Positions 1-9,194 of a DNA stretch of 32,000 nt are shown in pieces. Below the pieces are notes generated by a model, which did not search any database, was not told where the DNA came from, and worked only from the letters and a program-made list of their open reading frames with translations. The translations under genes were made by a program, and so were the position numbers. Position 1 is the first letter of the stretch; the number at the start of each line of letters is the position of its first letter. Origin of the DNA: Trichodesmium erythraeum IMS101 (GTDB taxonomy: Bacteria; Cyanobacteriota; Cyanobacteriia; Cyanobacteriales; Microcoleaceae); assembly GCF_000014265.1 (NCBI RefSeq), contig NC_008312.1, forward strand, positions 4,110,001 through 4,142,000. Direction: 5' to 3'.

Positions 1-198
1 TATTAGCAATGAGTTATTAAATCATTGTAATTTTCTATCAAAAATTAGTCTTCAAAGAGAATTCAAAGTTACGTTTCATGACATTCCCCGCTGAAATAAA
101 AAGGCGTTCAGCTCACCTTCAGTAATTCCTTTAATACTTAAAAGCTGAATACTTACATTTGACTTTTCCTTACTACTTATTCCTCCTAACTAAAAATA

Positions 199-2451
199 CT
201 ATTCAACCTGACTAACACGACGTAAATTCAAAATATCACTTATATTTTTAATCTGAGTACAACTACGTTCAAATTGTTGGCAGTCGCTCACTTCAATACA
301 TAGATTAATAATAGCAGTATGACCAGGATTTGTTTTAACCTGAGCATTTTTAACATTAACATTATTATCCATCAAACGGGATAAAATATCTTTGAGAACA
401 CCCACTCTATCTATAACTTCAATATAGATATTAACTGGATAAGTTTTCGGTCTTCCATTATTTTCATTAGCATTATTCCAACTAACAGGAACTAACCTTT
501 CTCCAGGTACATTTTCTATATTAGAACAACCTTGACGATGAATAGAAATACCATTTATACGAGTTACAGCTCCAATAATAGGCTCACCTGGAATCGGATT
601 ACAACAACCTGCTAAATGATACATTAACCCTTCAACTCCAGCGATTGGATGATAATTATTAGGAGACGAAATTTGAGTAGACTTGTGTAAATATTTTTCT
701 GAACAAATATCTGAATTTTCCTCAACTTTTGTGACTTCTCTAAAAGCATCTCGCAATCGATTGACCACTAAATTTAAAGTTATTTCACCATATCCCAAAC
801 CAGCCAATAAATCATCTACATTATGATAATTAAATTTTTCAGAAACAAGTCGCATTTGCTCAGATTTGAGTAAAGATTCAAAACCTTTTTTACCCAATTC
901 TTTTTCTAATAATTCTCGACCTCTAGCTAAAATTTCTTCTCTATGGGAACGCTTATACCACTGACGAATTCGATTTCGTGCTCCACCAGTAACCACAGAA
1001 TTTAGCCAATCTAAGCTAGGATGGCCATTTTTATGAGTTAAAATTTCGACAATATCACCATTTTTTAAAGGAGTATCTAAAGGTACTATTCGTTCATTTA
1101 CCTTAGCACCTGTACAATGATTTCCTACCTCTGTATGAATACGATAAGCGAAATCTATTGGTGTCGATCCATGTTTGAGGGAAATAACATCACCTTTTGG
1201 TGTAAATGCATAAACATCTTCAGAGAATAAATCACCCTTAATAGTTTCCAAATATTCCCGATCATCTTTCAGGTCACTTTGCCATTCTAATAACTGTCTA
1301 AGCCAAGTAAACTTTTCATCTTCTGTCGTAATATTAACATTAGTATTACTATAACCAGTCTCTTTATACTTCCAATGAGCAGCTATTCCATACTCAGCAA
1401 CATGGTGCATTTCCACAGTTCTAATTTGCACCTCTACCGGACGACCTGTAATACCTATTACTCCTGTATGTAACGACTGATAACGATTAGGTTTTGGCAG
1501 ACCAATATAGTCTTTAAATCTTCCAGGAATAGGACGATAAGAGTCATGAACAATAGCTAAAGTTCGATAACAATCTTCTCTTTTTTCTACAATAATTCTC
1601 AGTCCAGAAATATCATATACTTCGTGAAATTCTTTTTGTTTTAAGTACATCTTTCGATAAATTCCATAAAGATGTTTAGGGCGACCACTAATGTCGTAAC
1701 ATTCTATTCCTAAGCGGTCTAATTTTTGTCGTAAATTTTCTGTCATTTTTAATAATCTAGCTTCCCTATCTACCCTTTTATCTGCTACCAACTCTTGAAT
1801 TTCACGATAAGCATTTGGTTCAAGATATTTGAAAGATAAATCTTCTAATTCCCATTTAATCCTACCAATTCCTAAACGATTTGCCAGTGGTGCAAATATT
1901 TCCCGTGTTTCTAATGCTTTACTTAACTGTTTATGAGAAGGTAAATGTTGGAGAGTTCTCATATTATGTAATCTGTCTGCCAACTTGACAACAATGACTC
2001 TAATATCTTTTGCCATTGCCAAAAACATTCGGCGAAAATTTTCAGCTTGTAGCTCTGTTTTATTAGAAAAATTAAACTTAGAAAGTTTAGTTACACCTTC
2101 TACTAATAAAGTTACTTCTGAACCAAATTTTTCCTCTATTTCTTCAATTTTTACGTCAGTATCTTCAACAATATCATGTAGCAAACCTGCAGCAATCATG
2201 GTACTATCACCACCTAAATATTTTAATAATCCTGCTACGGCTACAGGATGACAAATATAAGGTTCTCCTGATTTTCTATACTGCCCTTCATGTAACTTAT
2301 ATGCAAATTCAAATGCTCGACAAATTAATGCTGTATCCACTGAACAACTAGTAACATTATTGCCCTTATTTCTGTTATCTAGACATTCTTGCAACCAATC
2401 AGGAATTACACATGAAATTTGAGCTTTCGGTGTGACGGTTTTTGTTTTCAT
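199..2451 (-). CDS. spoT: Bifunctional (p)ppGpp synthetase/hydrolase, RelA/SpoT homologue
   Basis: The track ORF 199..2481 starts at TTG. I prefer the ATG 10 codons downstream (MKTKTV..., 2451). It has the HD hydrolase motif HDIVEDT and the synthetase region GRPKHLYGIYRKM / YQSLHT. It also has a TGS-like segment (VYAFTPKGDVISL...GDIVEILT) and a C-terminal ACT-like segment (IEVIDRVGVLKDILSRL). Confidence 0.95.
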   Translation of the reverse strand: MKTKTVTPKAQISCVIPDWLQECLDNRNKGNNVTSCSVDTALICRAFEFAYKLHEGQYRKSGEPYICHPVAVAGLLKYLGGDSTMIAAGLLHDIVEDTDVKIEEIEEKFGSEVTLLVEGVTKLSKFNFSNKTELQAENFRRMFLAMAKDIRVIVVKLADRLHNMRTLQHLPSHKQLSKALETREIFAPLANRLGIGRIKWELEDLSFKYLEPNAYREIQELVADKRVDREARLLKMTENLRQKLDRLGIECYDISGRPKHLYGIYRKMYLKQKEFHEVYDISGLRIIVEKREDCYRTLAIVHDSYRPIPGRFKDYIGLPKPNRYQSLHTGVIGITGRPVEVQIRTVEMHHVAEYGIAAHWKYKETGYSNTNVNITTEDEKFTWLRQLLEWQSDLKDDREYLETIKGDLFSEDVYAFTPKGDVISLKHGSTPIDFAYRIHTEVGNHCTGAKVNERIVPLDTPLKNGDIVEILTHKNGHPSLDWLNSVVTGGARNRIRQWYKRSHREEILARGRELLEKELGKKGFESLLKSEQMRLVSEKFNYHNVDDLLAGLGYGEITLNLVVNRLRDAFREVTKVEENSDICSEKYLHKSTQISSPNNYHPIAGVEGLMYHLAGCCNPIPGEPIIGAVTRINGISIHRQGCSNIENVPGERLVPVSWNNANENNGRPKTYPVNIYIEVIDRVGVLKDILSRLMDNNVNVKNAQVKTNPGHTAIINLCIEVSDCQQFERSCTQIKNISDILNLRRVSQVE

Positions 2452-2504
2452 AGTAATTAGTTTAGAGTTAATAAGTATCAAATATTAGTTTATTTCTGTA
2501 TAAA

Positions 2505-2645
2505 ACAGCTATATATAGCAATCCTACTTTTACAATTCCAAAATCTTCCCACTTTTTATAACGGGGTGAATGAGCAAGAGTTTTGGAACTTATTTCTGGC
2601 TTTTTAATTTTGACAATCGTTTGATATGATTGCTGTAATAGTCAT
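2505..2645. mobile_element. MITE-like dispersed repeat, copy 1 (~140 bp)
   Basis: By eye it aligns at roughly 70% identity with 6236-6387. Shared blocks are TCCTA(C/T)TTTTAC, CAAAATCT, ACTTTTTA, AGTTTTGGA, TTATTTCTG and CTTTGATA. It has inverted termini TATAGCAATC (2514-2523) and GATTGCTGTA (2628-2637), matching 9 of 10. There is no ORF. It lies in the 5' region of spoT. Confidence 0.5.
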
Positions 2646-2845
2646 GTGTAGTAATAAGTAATAGTAGATAAAAGCTGGAATCATAACTATACCGTTACTA
2701 CAATAATTGCAATAAACTACTACCAGTTATATTTGTGTATTTTCCTAGTAGTATCTAATTGAATTACATATCTTTATTTTATTATAAAGTAATATAACTA
2801 TCAACTAGATTTTTACTTAAATTTTCTAGTTTTTCTGTAGATAAT

Positions 2846-3100
2846 CTGTGATTTTTATACTTTCATTTTTCTCCTATGATTTTTTTTACTTTTCACTCTT
2901 AACTATAGTACCTTCAAAAATATGCTATTATCCGATTTTTTGACTTTTCACTTTTAACTTATAGTTTCTGGGAAAATCTACTACTATATGATTTTTTAAC
3001 GTTTAATTTTTTACTTTTAGCTATAGTGCCTTAAAAATATGCTACTGTCTAATCTTTATATTTTTTTACTTTTGACTTTTGAATTTTGACTTTTGACTTC
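2846..3100 (+). repeat. Degenerate tandem array, 3-4 units of 56-65 nt, ending in a heptamer run
   Basis: Units start with GATTTTTT at 2878, 2934 and 2990 (period 56). There is a partial unit before 2878 and a terminal unit from about 3055. The shared consensus blocks are TTTTTTACTTTTCACT..TAACTATAGT.CCTT.AAAAATATGCTACT. The array lies in the divergent spoT / 3226-ORF intergenic region. Confidence 0.7.
3068..3100 (+). repeat. Heptamer tandem repeat (ACTTTTG)n, STRR-like
   Basis: Read directly: ACTTTTG ACTTTTG AATTTTG ACTTTTG ACTTC. Confidence 0.85.
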
Positions 3101-3225
3101 TATCAACCTTTAATACTCTATATGTTAATAATATAGAATAGTATTACTTAATATACTAAATAATATATGACGGTATTACTTCGTCTGTTAATAATAATAT
3201 ATGCAAGTTTCGATTTATTTATATT

Positions 3226-3612
3226 ATGTTACCAAAGAAGTATAATCAGCAGTATCAAAAATTAAGTCAACTTATAAATCAGTTACAACAGAATGTGACA
3301 GAAATAGAACTAGAAAAAATATTGGCCAATTTTCAGGAAGCCCAAGGGTGGTTTGAGACTCAGATTATTAATTTAGATAGCTCTGAACTAGACCCATCTA
3401 TAGCATCCAAGATACAGTCTTATTTGACGGAGATTCATAAGCAATTTAAACTATTGAATCTAGATGTTAGCTTTTTACAAGCATCCCAAAACTGTCAAAC
3501 ACAAAAAACACGGCTGGCCAATATTAGCGATCGCCTAAAAACTCTTAAAGGTTATTGTAGAATTATACTTGGTCAAGACAAATTAATACAGAATCAGGAA
3601 AAAACAGGATGA
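3226..3612 (+). CDS. Conserved cyanobacterial hypothetical protein, possibly PatD family (heterocyst frequency control protein-like)
   Basis: This is a 128-aa ORF with an ATG start and a HIP1 site inside it. The segment QSYLTEIHKQFKLLNLDVSFLQASQ...RLANISDRLKTLKGYC matches my recollection of the PatD-family pattern (QSY.TEI.KQLRLL..D..FLQ...DRL..L..YC). The family label is from memory and has not been searched. Its stop overlaps the next start (ATGA). Confidence 0.55.
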   Translation: MLPKKYNQQYQKLSQLINQLQQNVTEIELEKILANFQEAQGWFETQIINLDSSELDPSIASKIQSYLTEIHKQFKLLNLDVSFLQASQNCQTQKTRLANISDRLKTLKGYCRIILGQDKLIQNQEKTG

Positions 3613-4220
3613 AAAGCCCTAAATGCGATGCAGAGTTAGAAGACGCTATTTTAAATGATATTATCCCGGTAAAATACTGTCCTAAGTCTGAAGGTTTTTG
3701 GATTTCGGCAAAAGATTATGAAGCATGGTTATCCAGTTTACCTGTATGGTATGCTCCAGAAGAAACTTTGCCCTACTATAATCAATTTGAAGATTTTGTC
3801 CCCTCTTTGTTTGATGGTAAAGCAGGACTGTGTCCTGAATGTGGTACTTATTTATCACGATGCAGAATAAACATTAAACAACCTTTCTATATAGAACGTT
3901 GCATGAGTTGTGGAGGTATCTGGTTTGATAATAGCGAAGAGTGGAACATCTTAGAAGAGCTTGGTCTTCACACTAAAATTAACGAGATATTTTCCAGTCA
4001 ATGGCAAGCAAGAGTGCGAGAGCATCAACAAGAAATGATTAATCGTGAGACTGTCATTGATAAATTGGGAGAAGAAATAGCTGAGTATATTTTTCAATTA
4101 ACAGATATATTGGAAACTTACCCCCAAGCAGACTGTGCTGCTACTTATATGTTACGCAGATTTGAAAATAAAAGAAAGGAACTAAATGGAACATTTAGTA
4201 TCAAAAGTCAAAGTGAATAA
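3609..4220 (+). CDS. TFIIB-type zinc-ribbon protein with two zf-TFIIB-like modules
   Basis: This is a 203-aa ORF. The second module is complete: CPECG...x...CMSCGGIWFDNSEEW, the classic C-x2-C ... C-x2-C-G-G-x-W-x-D pattern. The first module (KCDAEL...YCPKSEGFWISAKDYEAW) retains only 2 Cys. A 4-bp ATGA overlap with the upstream ORF suggests translational coupling. Confidence 0.75.
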   Translation: MKSPKCDAELEDAILNDIIPVKYCPKSEGFWISAKDYEAWLSSLPVWYAPEETLPYYNQFEDFVPSLFDGKAGLCPECGTYLSRCRINIKQPFYIERCMSCGGIWFDNSEEWNILEELGLHTKINEIFSSQWQARVREHQQEMINRETVIDKLGEEIAEYIFQLTDILETYPQADCAATYMLRRFENKRKELNGTFSIKSQSE

Positions 4221-4447
4221 TTTTTATCATGTATTACTACCCATTTAAGATGCCGAGCTAGATTCCATTTGCGGACTTGGGGAGTATTTGGACAGAAAAA
4301 ACTCAGTCATTTTAGTTATAAGTTACTAGTGATCAGTACCGACTGCTGCAGTCAAAACCTTAAAATACTGAAGTTAATTTTTTTGACCGTCTTAAAAGAG
4401 TAGGATACCTGATTTTTTAGCCAGAGATTACTTTTAACTTTTAACCA

Positions 4448-6106
4448 ATGAATCCCTTACTTAGTATAGAAAATCTACGAGTAGCTTATCCTGAAGAAGA
4501 GAGAAAATATCATTGGGCAGTAAATAATGTTTCTCTAAAACTTCAACCTGGTGAAAAATTAGGATTAGTGGGAGAATCTGGTTGTGGCAAATCTACCCTT
4601 GGACGTGCTGCTATGAGATTATTACCCAAGTCAGCAGAAGTTGAGGGGTCTGTTACCTTCAAGGGAGAATCATTGTTTAGGATGGAACCCTCTCAACTCA
4701 GAAAATTTCGAGGTGAAGCGGTAGCATTAGTTTTTCAAGACCCTATGACTCGCCTCGACCCATTAATGACTATTGGAGATCATTGTTTAGAAACTCTTAT
4801 TGCGCATCAACCCCATCTATCTAAATCTCAGGCACAACAAAAGTCTATAGAAACCCTAGAAACTGTTAATATTCCTGCTAGTCGTTGGTCTCAATATCCT
4901 CATGAATTTAGTGGCGGAATGCGGCAAAGGGTGGCGATCGCTTTAGCACTTCTACTGGATCCCAAACTAATAGTGGCTGACGAACCTACTACTAGTTTAG
5001 ATGTAACTATAGCATCTCAAATTTTGCAGGAGCTAACCAAAATTTGTCAAGAACGTCAGACTTCCTTATTATTAATTTCTCACGATTTGGCAATGGTGGC
5101 AGAATATTGTGACCGTATTGCTGTAATGTATGGAGGTGAAATAGTAGAGATAGGTGCAATTCAACAAATTATCCAAAATCCTCAACATGAATATACCAAA
5201 TCTCTGTTTGCAGCAGCTTTACATATTCAAGTAGTTGAATCTACTGTTCCTCAAATTCAATCAGAAAAATCTGAAGAAATAACAGTTGCCAAAACAGTTA
5301 AACCTATTTTGCAAATCAAAGATTTAGTTAAACATTACACCTTAGAAAGTAATTTTATAGAACAGTTATTATTTTCTGGCAAAAGCAAACTTATTAAAGC
5401 AGTTGATGGAGTCAACTTAAATCTTTATTCAGGAGAAATATTAGGATTAGTCGGAGAATCTGGTTGTGGTAAAAGTACCATGACTCGAACTATTTTACAG
5501 TTAATCAAACCTACTTCTGGCTCAGTGAAATTTCAAGGTACAGATTTAACTACCTTATCACACTCAGCCTTACAACCCTATCGTAGGGAAATGCAAATGA
5601 TATTTCAAGACCCTCTGGCTTGTCTCAACCCCATGATGACTATTAACCAGATAGTAGCTGATCCCCTATTTATCCATAATTTGGCTAATGCAGAGGAAGC
5701 TAAAATTCAAGTTGAGGAAATATTGGAAAAAGTAGGCTTGACTCCAGTATCAGAATATGGTACACGATACCCTTCCCAACTATCTGGTGGACAGCAACAA
5801 AGGGTTGCTATAGCCAGAGCTCTAATTACTAATCCAAAACTAATTATTTGTGATGAACCTGTAAGTATGTTAGATGCTACTATTCAAACTCAAGTTTTAA
5901 AGTTAATGTTGGATTTGAGAAAAGAATTAAGTTTAACTTACTTATTTATTACCCATGACTTGTGGGTAGCTAGATTTATTTGTGACAGAATTGCTGTTAT
6001 GAATAATGGCAAAATTGTGGAGGAAGGGAAAACAGAAGAAATATTTAATCATCCCCAACATTCTTATACTCAGATGTTGTTAAATGCTGCACCTCAATTT
6101 TGGTAA
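4448..6106 (+). CDS. ABC transporter ATP-binding protein with duplicated ATPase domains (DppD/DppF-OppD/OppF type fusion)
   Basis: It has two Walker A motifs (GESGCGKST, twice). It has two signature motifs (FSGGMRQR, LSGGQQQR) and two Walker B motifs (LIVADEPTTSLD, LIICDEPVSMLD). No permease or binding-protein gene is adjacent. Confidence 0.95.
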   Translation: MNPLLSIENLRVAYPEEERKYHWAVNNVSLKLQPGEKLGLVGESGCGKSTLGRAAMRLLPKSAEVEGSVTFKGESLFRMEPSQLRKFRGEAVALVFQDPMTRLDPLMTIGDHCLETLIAHQPHLSKSQAQQKSIETLETVNIPASRWSQYPHEFSGGMRQRVAIALALLLDPKLIVADEPTTSLDVTIASQILQELTKICQERQTSLLLISHDLAMVAEYCDRIAVMYGGEIVEIGAIQQIIQNPQHEYTKSLFAAALHIQVVESTVPQIQSEKSEEITVAKTVKPILQIKDLVKHYTLESNFIEQLLFSGKSKLIKAVDGVNLNLYSGEILGLVGESGCGKSTMTRTILQLIKPTSGSVKFQGTDLTTLSHSALQPYRREMQMIFQDPLACLNPMMTINQIVADPLFIHNLANAEEAKIQVEEILEKVGLTPVSEYGTRYPSQLSGGQQQRVAIARALITNPKLIICDEPVSMLDATIQTQVLKLMLDLRKELSLTYLFITHDLWVARFICDRIAVMNNGKIVEEGKTEEIFNHPQHSYTQMLLNAAPQFW

Positions 6107-6235
6107 AACCAGAATTCTACAAGTTACTGAATTTGGAGTGGAAGTGTATCTTACAAATGGAACTGAAATGTTTCTAAATACCTTACTTAAGTATTTTAAA
6201 ACAATTTAGGAAATAGTTATTTTTCAAAGGAAAAA

Positions 6236-6387
6236 TACATATAGTAGTCCTATTTTTACCTTCTTCAAAATCTGGCAACTTTTTAGGATTGTGATTTTGA
6301 TGATTTGGGAAAATGGGTAAAAGTTTTGGAGTTAATTTCTGTTTTTTTTGAATCGTGACAACCCTTTGATAAAACTGCTATATAAAT
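6236..6387. mobile_element. MITE-like dispersed repeat, copy 2
   Basis: It is a paralogue of 2505-2645 and carries an extra internal segment of about 17 nt. Its termini are ATATAGTAGT (left) and ACTGCTATAT (right), which are imperfect inverted repeats. There is no ORF. Confidence 0.5.
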
Positions 6388-7009
6388 ATTATCAAATATG
6401 GAAATGTTTATGAACTTAAATATCTAATTATGGCTCTTCAGTAGTTGTAATACTAAACTATTAAATGAAATGCTAATTCAATAAATATCTTAAGAAATTT
6501 CCAAATTTATAAATCTAGATCCAGAATCCTTAATCAGCTTCAGTATAGTTGCCATTTAGTAAGTATTTTAATGCTTCCAATAACCATATACATAGCTTGA
6601 AAAATAAAAAAAATCCTGTATACTAATCCTTTGTTTTATTATTTTTTTCTGATTCAAGACAAAATATTCCTAATCTTTTCTTTCAATTATTATATTTACT
6701 TGAAAATAGGTGATATATTTTTAAGTTAAATAAAAGGTCTAAAGTATCAAGTACGTCAAAGAGTACATTATACTATAAAAATCCTATCTGAAAAGTGAAA
6801 AATATTGGCGACGAGAAGGCACTTATGCTGAATACAAAAAGCAAAAGGAGCAGGGCTTATAACTATATTATTAAATAAAACTGGTGATTTTCAAGAATGA
6901 TTTAGAGTTGCTATTTACTAGCTGCAAAAGGATAAATCTTAATAGTCAGTTAGGATTTTTTAAGACACTCGTTAAACAATTTATAATTAGTTTGATATAA
7001 CAGAATATG

Positions 7010-7990
7010 AAAGCGTAGTAATACATATTCAGTAATCAAGAAGAGGTCTTTAACTAATATTTCAATTCCCAAATAAAAGCTCGTGTAAAAAACTGCTTAA
7101 AAGAAGAACTAAGATAATTAAAGAAAGTCTTATCAAAAAATTAAAAGTGAGTAGAGAATTGTGACCTCAAAAAAACTCTGATAAAAATTATTACAAGTTT
7201 AAGAATTAGGAGCGCATCATTGGTCTAAAGCTTTAGAAAGAGTACCCTATAGGTGAAGAATTTGAATAAAAAAAGCTCAGAAAAAGAATAATTTAAAATT
7301 ATAGATATGGAGAAAAAATTGATTGATATTACTTAGACAAAGTAGGGTTCATTATAATTTCTGGAGTTATAAGTGCCTGGCAGGATATAGGAAATACTCA
7401 AGGATTCGGAGTCGCCATCATCGTTACCGTCGGAATGTTAATAGAATCATGAATCTGCAGAAAAATCAAGCAAGTTATGTTTCAACTGTGACAATTAATT
7501 ATGATGTGATTATTTCTTGTATAAATACTTTTTTTCTACTATAAATAAACCCAAAGTGATTGTTTTATATCAATCACCTATTCATGGAAGTGATGGGTTT
7601 TGTATTGACTTGAATAGTGCTCAATTCGGCAAATTACTATCTTTGAATTACTTACTTAATTCTCCACAGTTGAATTTGAGATAAGTTTAGTAGCAGTTTA
7701 TTAAATAGACCTCTCAAAAAATACCAATTTAGGAACAGTAAGGTAAGGGCTTGAGAATGTTTTTTGGAGATATCTAATATGAATTGCTGGGAATAGATAC
7801 TGATATCAACTGGAAAACTTTTATCTCATTACATCACGAAAAAATTCTGAGAGAAGAGGGGAGAAAATTATGTTAAGTATGTTTGTCTAACTACTTAATT
7901 ACCATCACCAATATTAGATTTATTGGGTGTGGAAAAATTTAAAATTATCAAAACTTTACTATATAAGCTTTTCATGATTTTAAGACTTAA
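7010..7990 (+). pseudogene. Decayed IS630-family transposase gene (relic A1)
   Basis: There are multiple stops and frameshifts, but family motifs are readable across frames. These are ..LIDIT*TK*G (degenerate DE.GF block, 7320-7350), GYRKYSRIRSRHHRYRRNVN, ..HHEKILREEG (the N..FH.. block), and LPSPILDLLGVEKFKIIK (= LPPYSPDLNPIEKFW, 7900-7955). It is paralogous to 14990-15570. The left boundary is uncertain, and an N-terminal HTH part may start near 6780. Confidence 0.7.
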
Positions 7991-8495
7991 AAAGAATATA
8001 AACCTGGATTTGTTTTGGGTTATAGCCATTTTTGGGGCTTAATTCCCAACAACATTCCCAACAACTCTATTTATATCTATTTTATCAAATCCCAATCTTT
8101 TTATATTTATGGATCATATTTTGGCTGCCACAAGTCAATTACTAGACAGTGGAAAGTTCTGGGAAGAACTATTGCGAGCTTTGGCTGACAGCTATCTTAA
8201 GGTTAAAACTTTCTTAAAATAACTATAAATGCTGCAAGCAAATTTTTATAATACTTTCAACTTTTAAAGTCAATAGTTTTTTAGGAGAACTTTGTACTTT
8301 CGAGTCAAGTACTGAATAATTGGAATTATTAATACTGTAAAACTTTAGCAACTTTTTTGAGGTATAATCTGACAAAACTGTGACAAAATCATAGAAAATA
8401 AGAATTGCAAGACGGAGTTTTTAACTTGAATTTTAAAAGCTCATTCTAGTGAATCAGTTTCTAAATTTTAAACTTATTAAGAGGAGTTTGACTTA

Positions 8496-9104
8496 ATGGA
8501 TACTTTAGAGGCAATTTATCAGCGTCGCGCTATTAAAGGTTTTGATCCTAACCATAAAATTACAGAAGATGATGAAAAAAAGCTTTTGGAAGCAACAATT
8601 CAAGCTCCCACCAGTTTTAATATTCAACATTGGCGTTTTGTTATTTTGCGAGATACAGAATTACGACAAAAGATTCGAGAACTTGGTTTTGATCAAGCCC
8701 AAATGACAGATGCTTCTTTACTCATTCTTTTTACAGCAGATATGAAAGCTTGGGGAAAAGGTGTTGAGCGCTATTGGAAAAATGCTCCAGAGCAAGTCAG
8801 TAACATGATGGTAGGTATGACAGGCGATTTCTATAAAGACCGTGAATGGCTTCAACGAGATGAAGCTCAACGTTCAATTGGTATGGCAATGCAGACTTTA
8901 ATGTTAGCAGCAAAAGCGATGGGTTATGATTCCTGCCCGATGATTGGTTTTGATATTGAAAAACTAGCAGAATTGATTAATTTACCTGAAGATTATGTAA
9001 TAGGTCCTATGGTAGCTATTGGTAAAAAAGTTAAAGACCCTTGGCCTAAACCAGGACAATTACCATTGGCAGAATTAAAAGTTGAAAATCAGTTCACAAA
9101 ATAA
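8496..9104 (+). CDS. NAD(P)H nitroreductase family protein
   Basis: This is a 202-aa ORF with a GAGGAG Shine-Dalgarno about 10 nt upstream of the ATG. It shows nitroreductase-fold motifs RRAIKGF, PTSFNIQHWRFVIL and a C-terminal GYDSCPMIGF. Confidence 0.9.
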   Translation: MDTLEAIYQRRAIKGFDPNHKITEDDEKKLLEATIQAPTSFNIQHWRFVILRDTELRQKIRELGFDQAQMTDASLLILFTADMKAWGKGVERYWKNAPEQVSNMMVGMTGDFYKDREWLQRDEAQRSIGMAMQTLMLAAKAMGYDSCPMIGFDIEKLAELINLPEDYVIGPMVAIGKKVKDPWPKPGQLPLAELKVENQFTK

Positions 9105-9144
9105 ATTAACTATAATTTTATTATTATAAACTAATTTACTTTAA

Positions 9145-9182
9145 CCCACACTCAAAACCTGAAGTGCTAGTGTGGGGTTTAT
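9145..9182 (+). terminator. Candidate intrinsic terminator downstream of the nitroreductase gene
   Basis: The stem is CCCACACT (9145-9152) / AGTGTGGG (9169-9176), with a 16-nt loop followed by GTTTAT. It lies 40 nt after the stop codon. The T-tract is short. Confidence 0.45.
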
Positions 9183-9194
9183 AGTTCATGACAA

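Noticed and set aside
1985-2251. Track ORF, 88 aa on the + strand
   Set aside because: It lies entirely antisense within the well-supported spoT CDS and has a low-complexity Ser/Thr/Ile-rich composition.
2846-3100. Possible CRISPR array (regularly spaced repeats in a non-coding region)
   Set aside because: The units are contiguous and degenerate, with no unique spacers between conserved repeats. They are AT-rich with no palindromic repeat core, and no cas genes occur anywhere in the window.
3141-3154. NtcA-type site (GTA-N8-TAC) upstream of the PatD-like ORF
   Set aside because: The sequence is GTA-N8-TAT, not TAC, and no well-placed -10 box follows. Such near-matches are expected by chance in this AT-rich DNA.
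4341-4353. 13-bp palindrome GACTGCTGCAGTC upstream of the ABC ATPase gene as an operator
   Set aside because: It is a single short palindrome containing a PstI site. It has no second copy and no adjacent regulator gene, so it cannot be distinguished from chance.
7323-7544. Track ORF, 73 aa
   Set aside because: It is one reading-frame fragment of the decayed IS630 transposase (relic A1), not an independent gene.
8109-8222. 37-aa ORF MDHILAATSQLLDSGKFWEELLRALADSYLKVKTFLK in a locally GC-richer patch
   Set aside because: It is too short, has no SD and belongs to no recognisable family. It may be the eroded tail of the IS630 relic or of another gene, so I do not call it.
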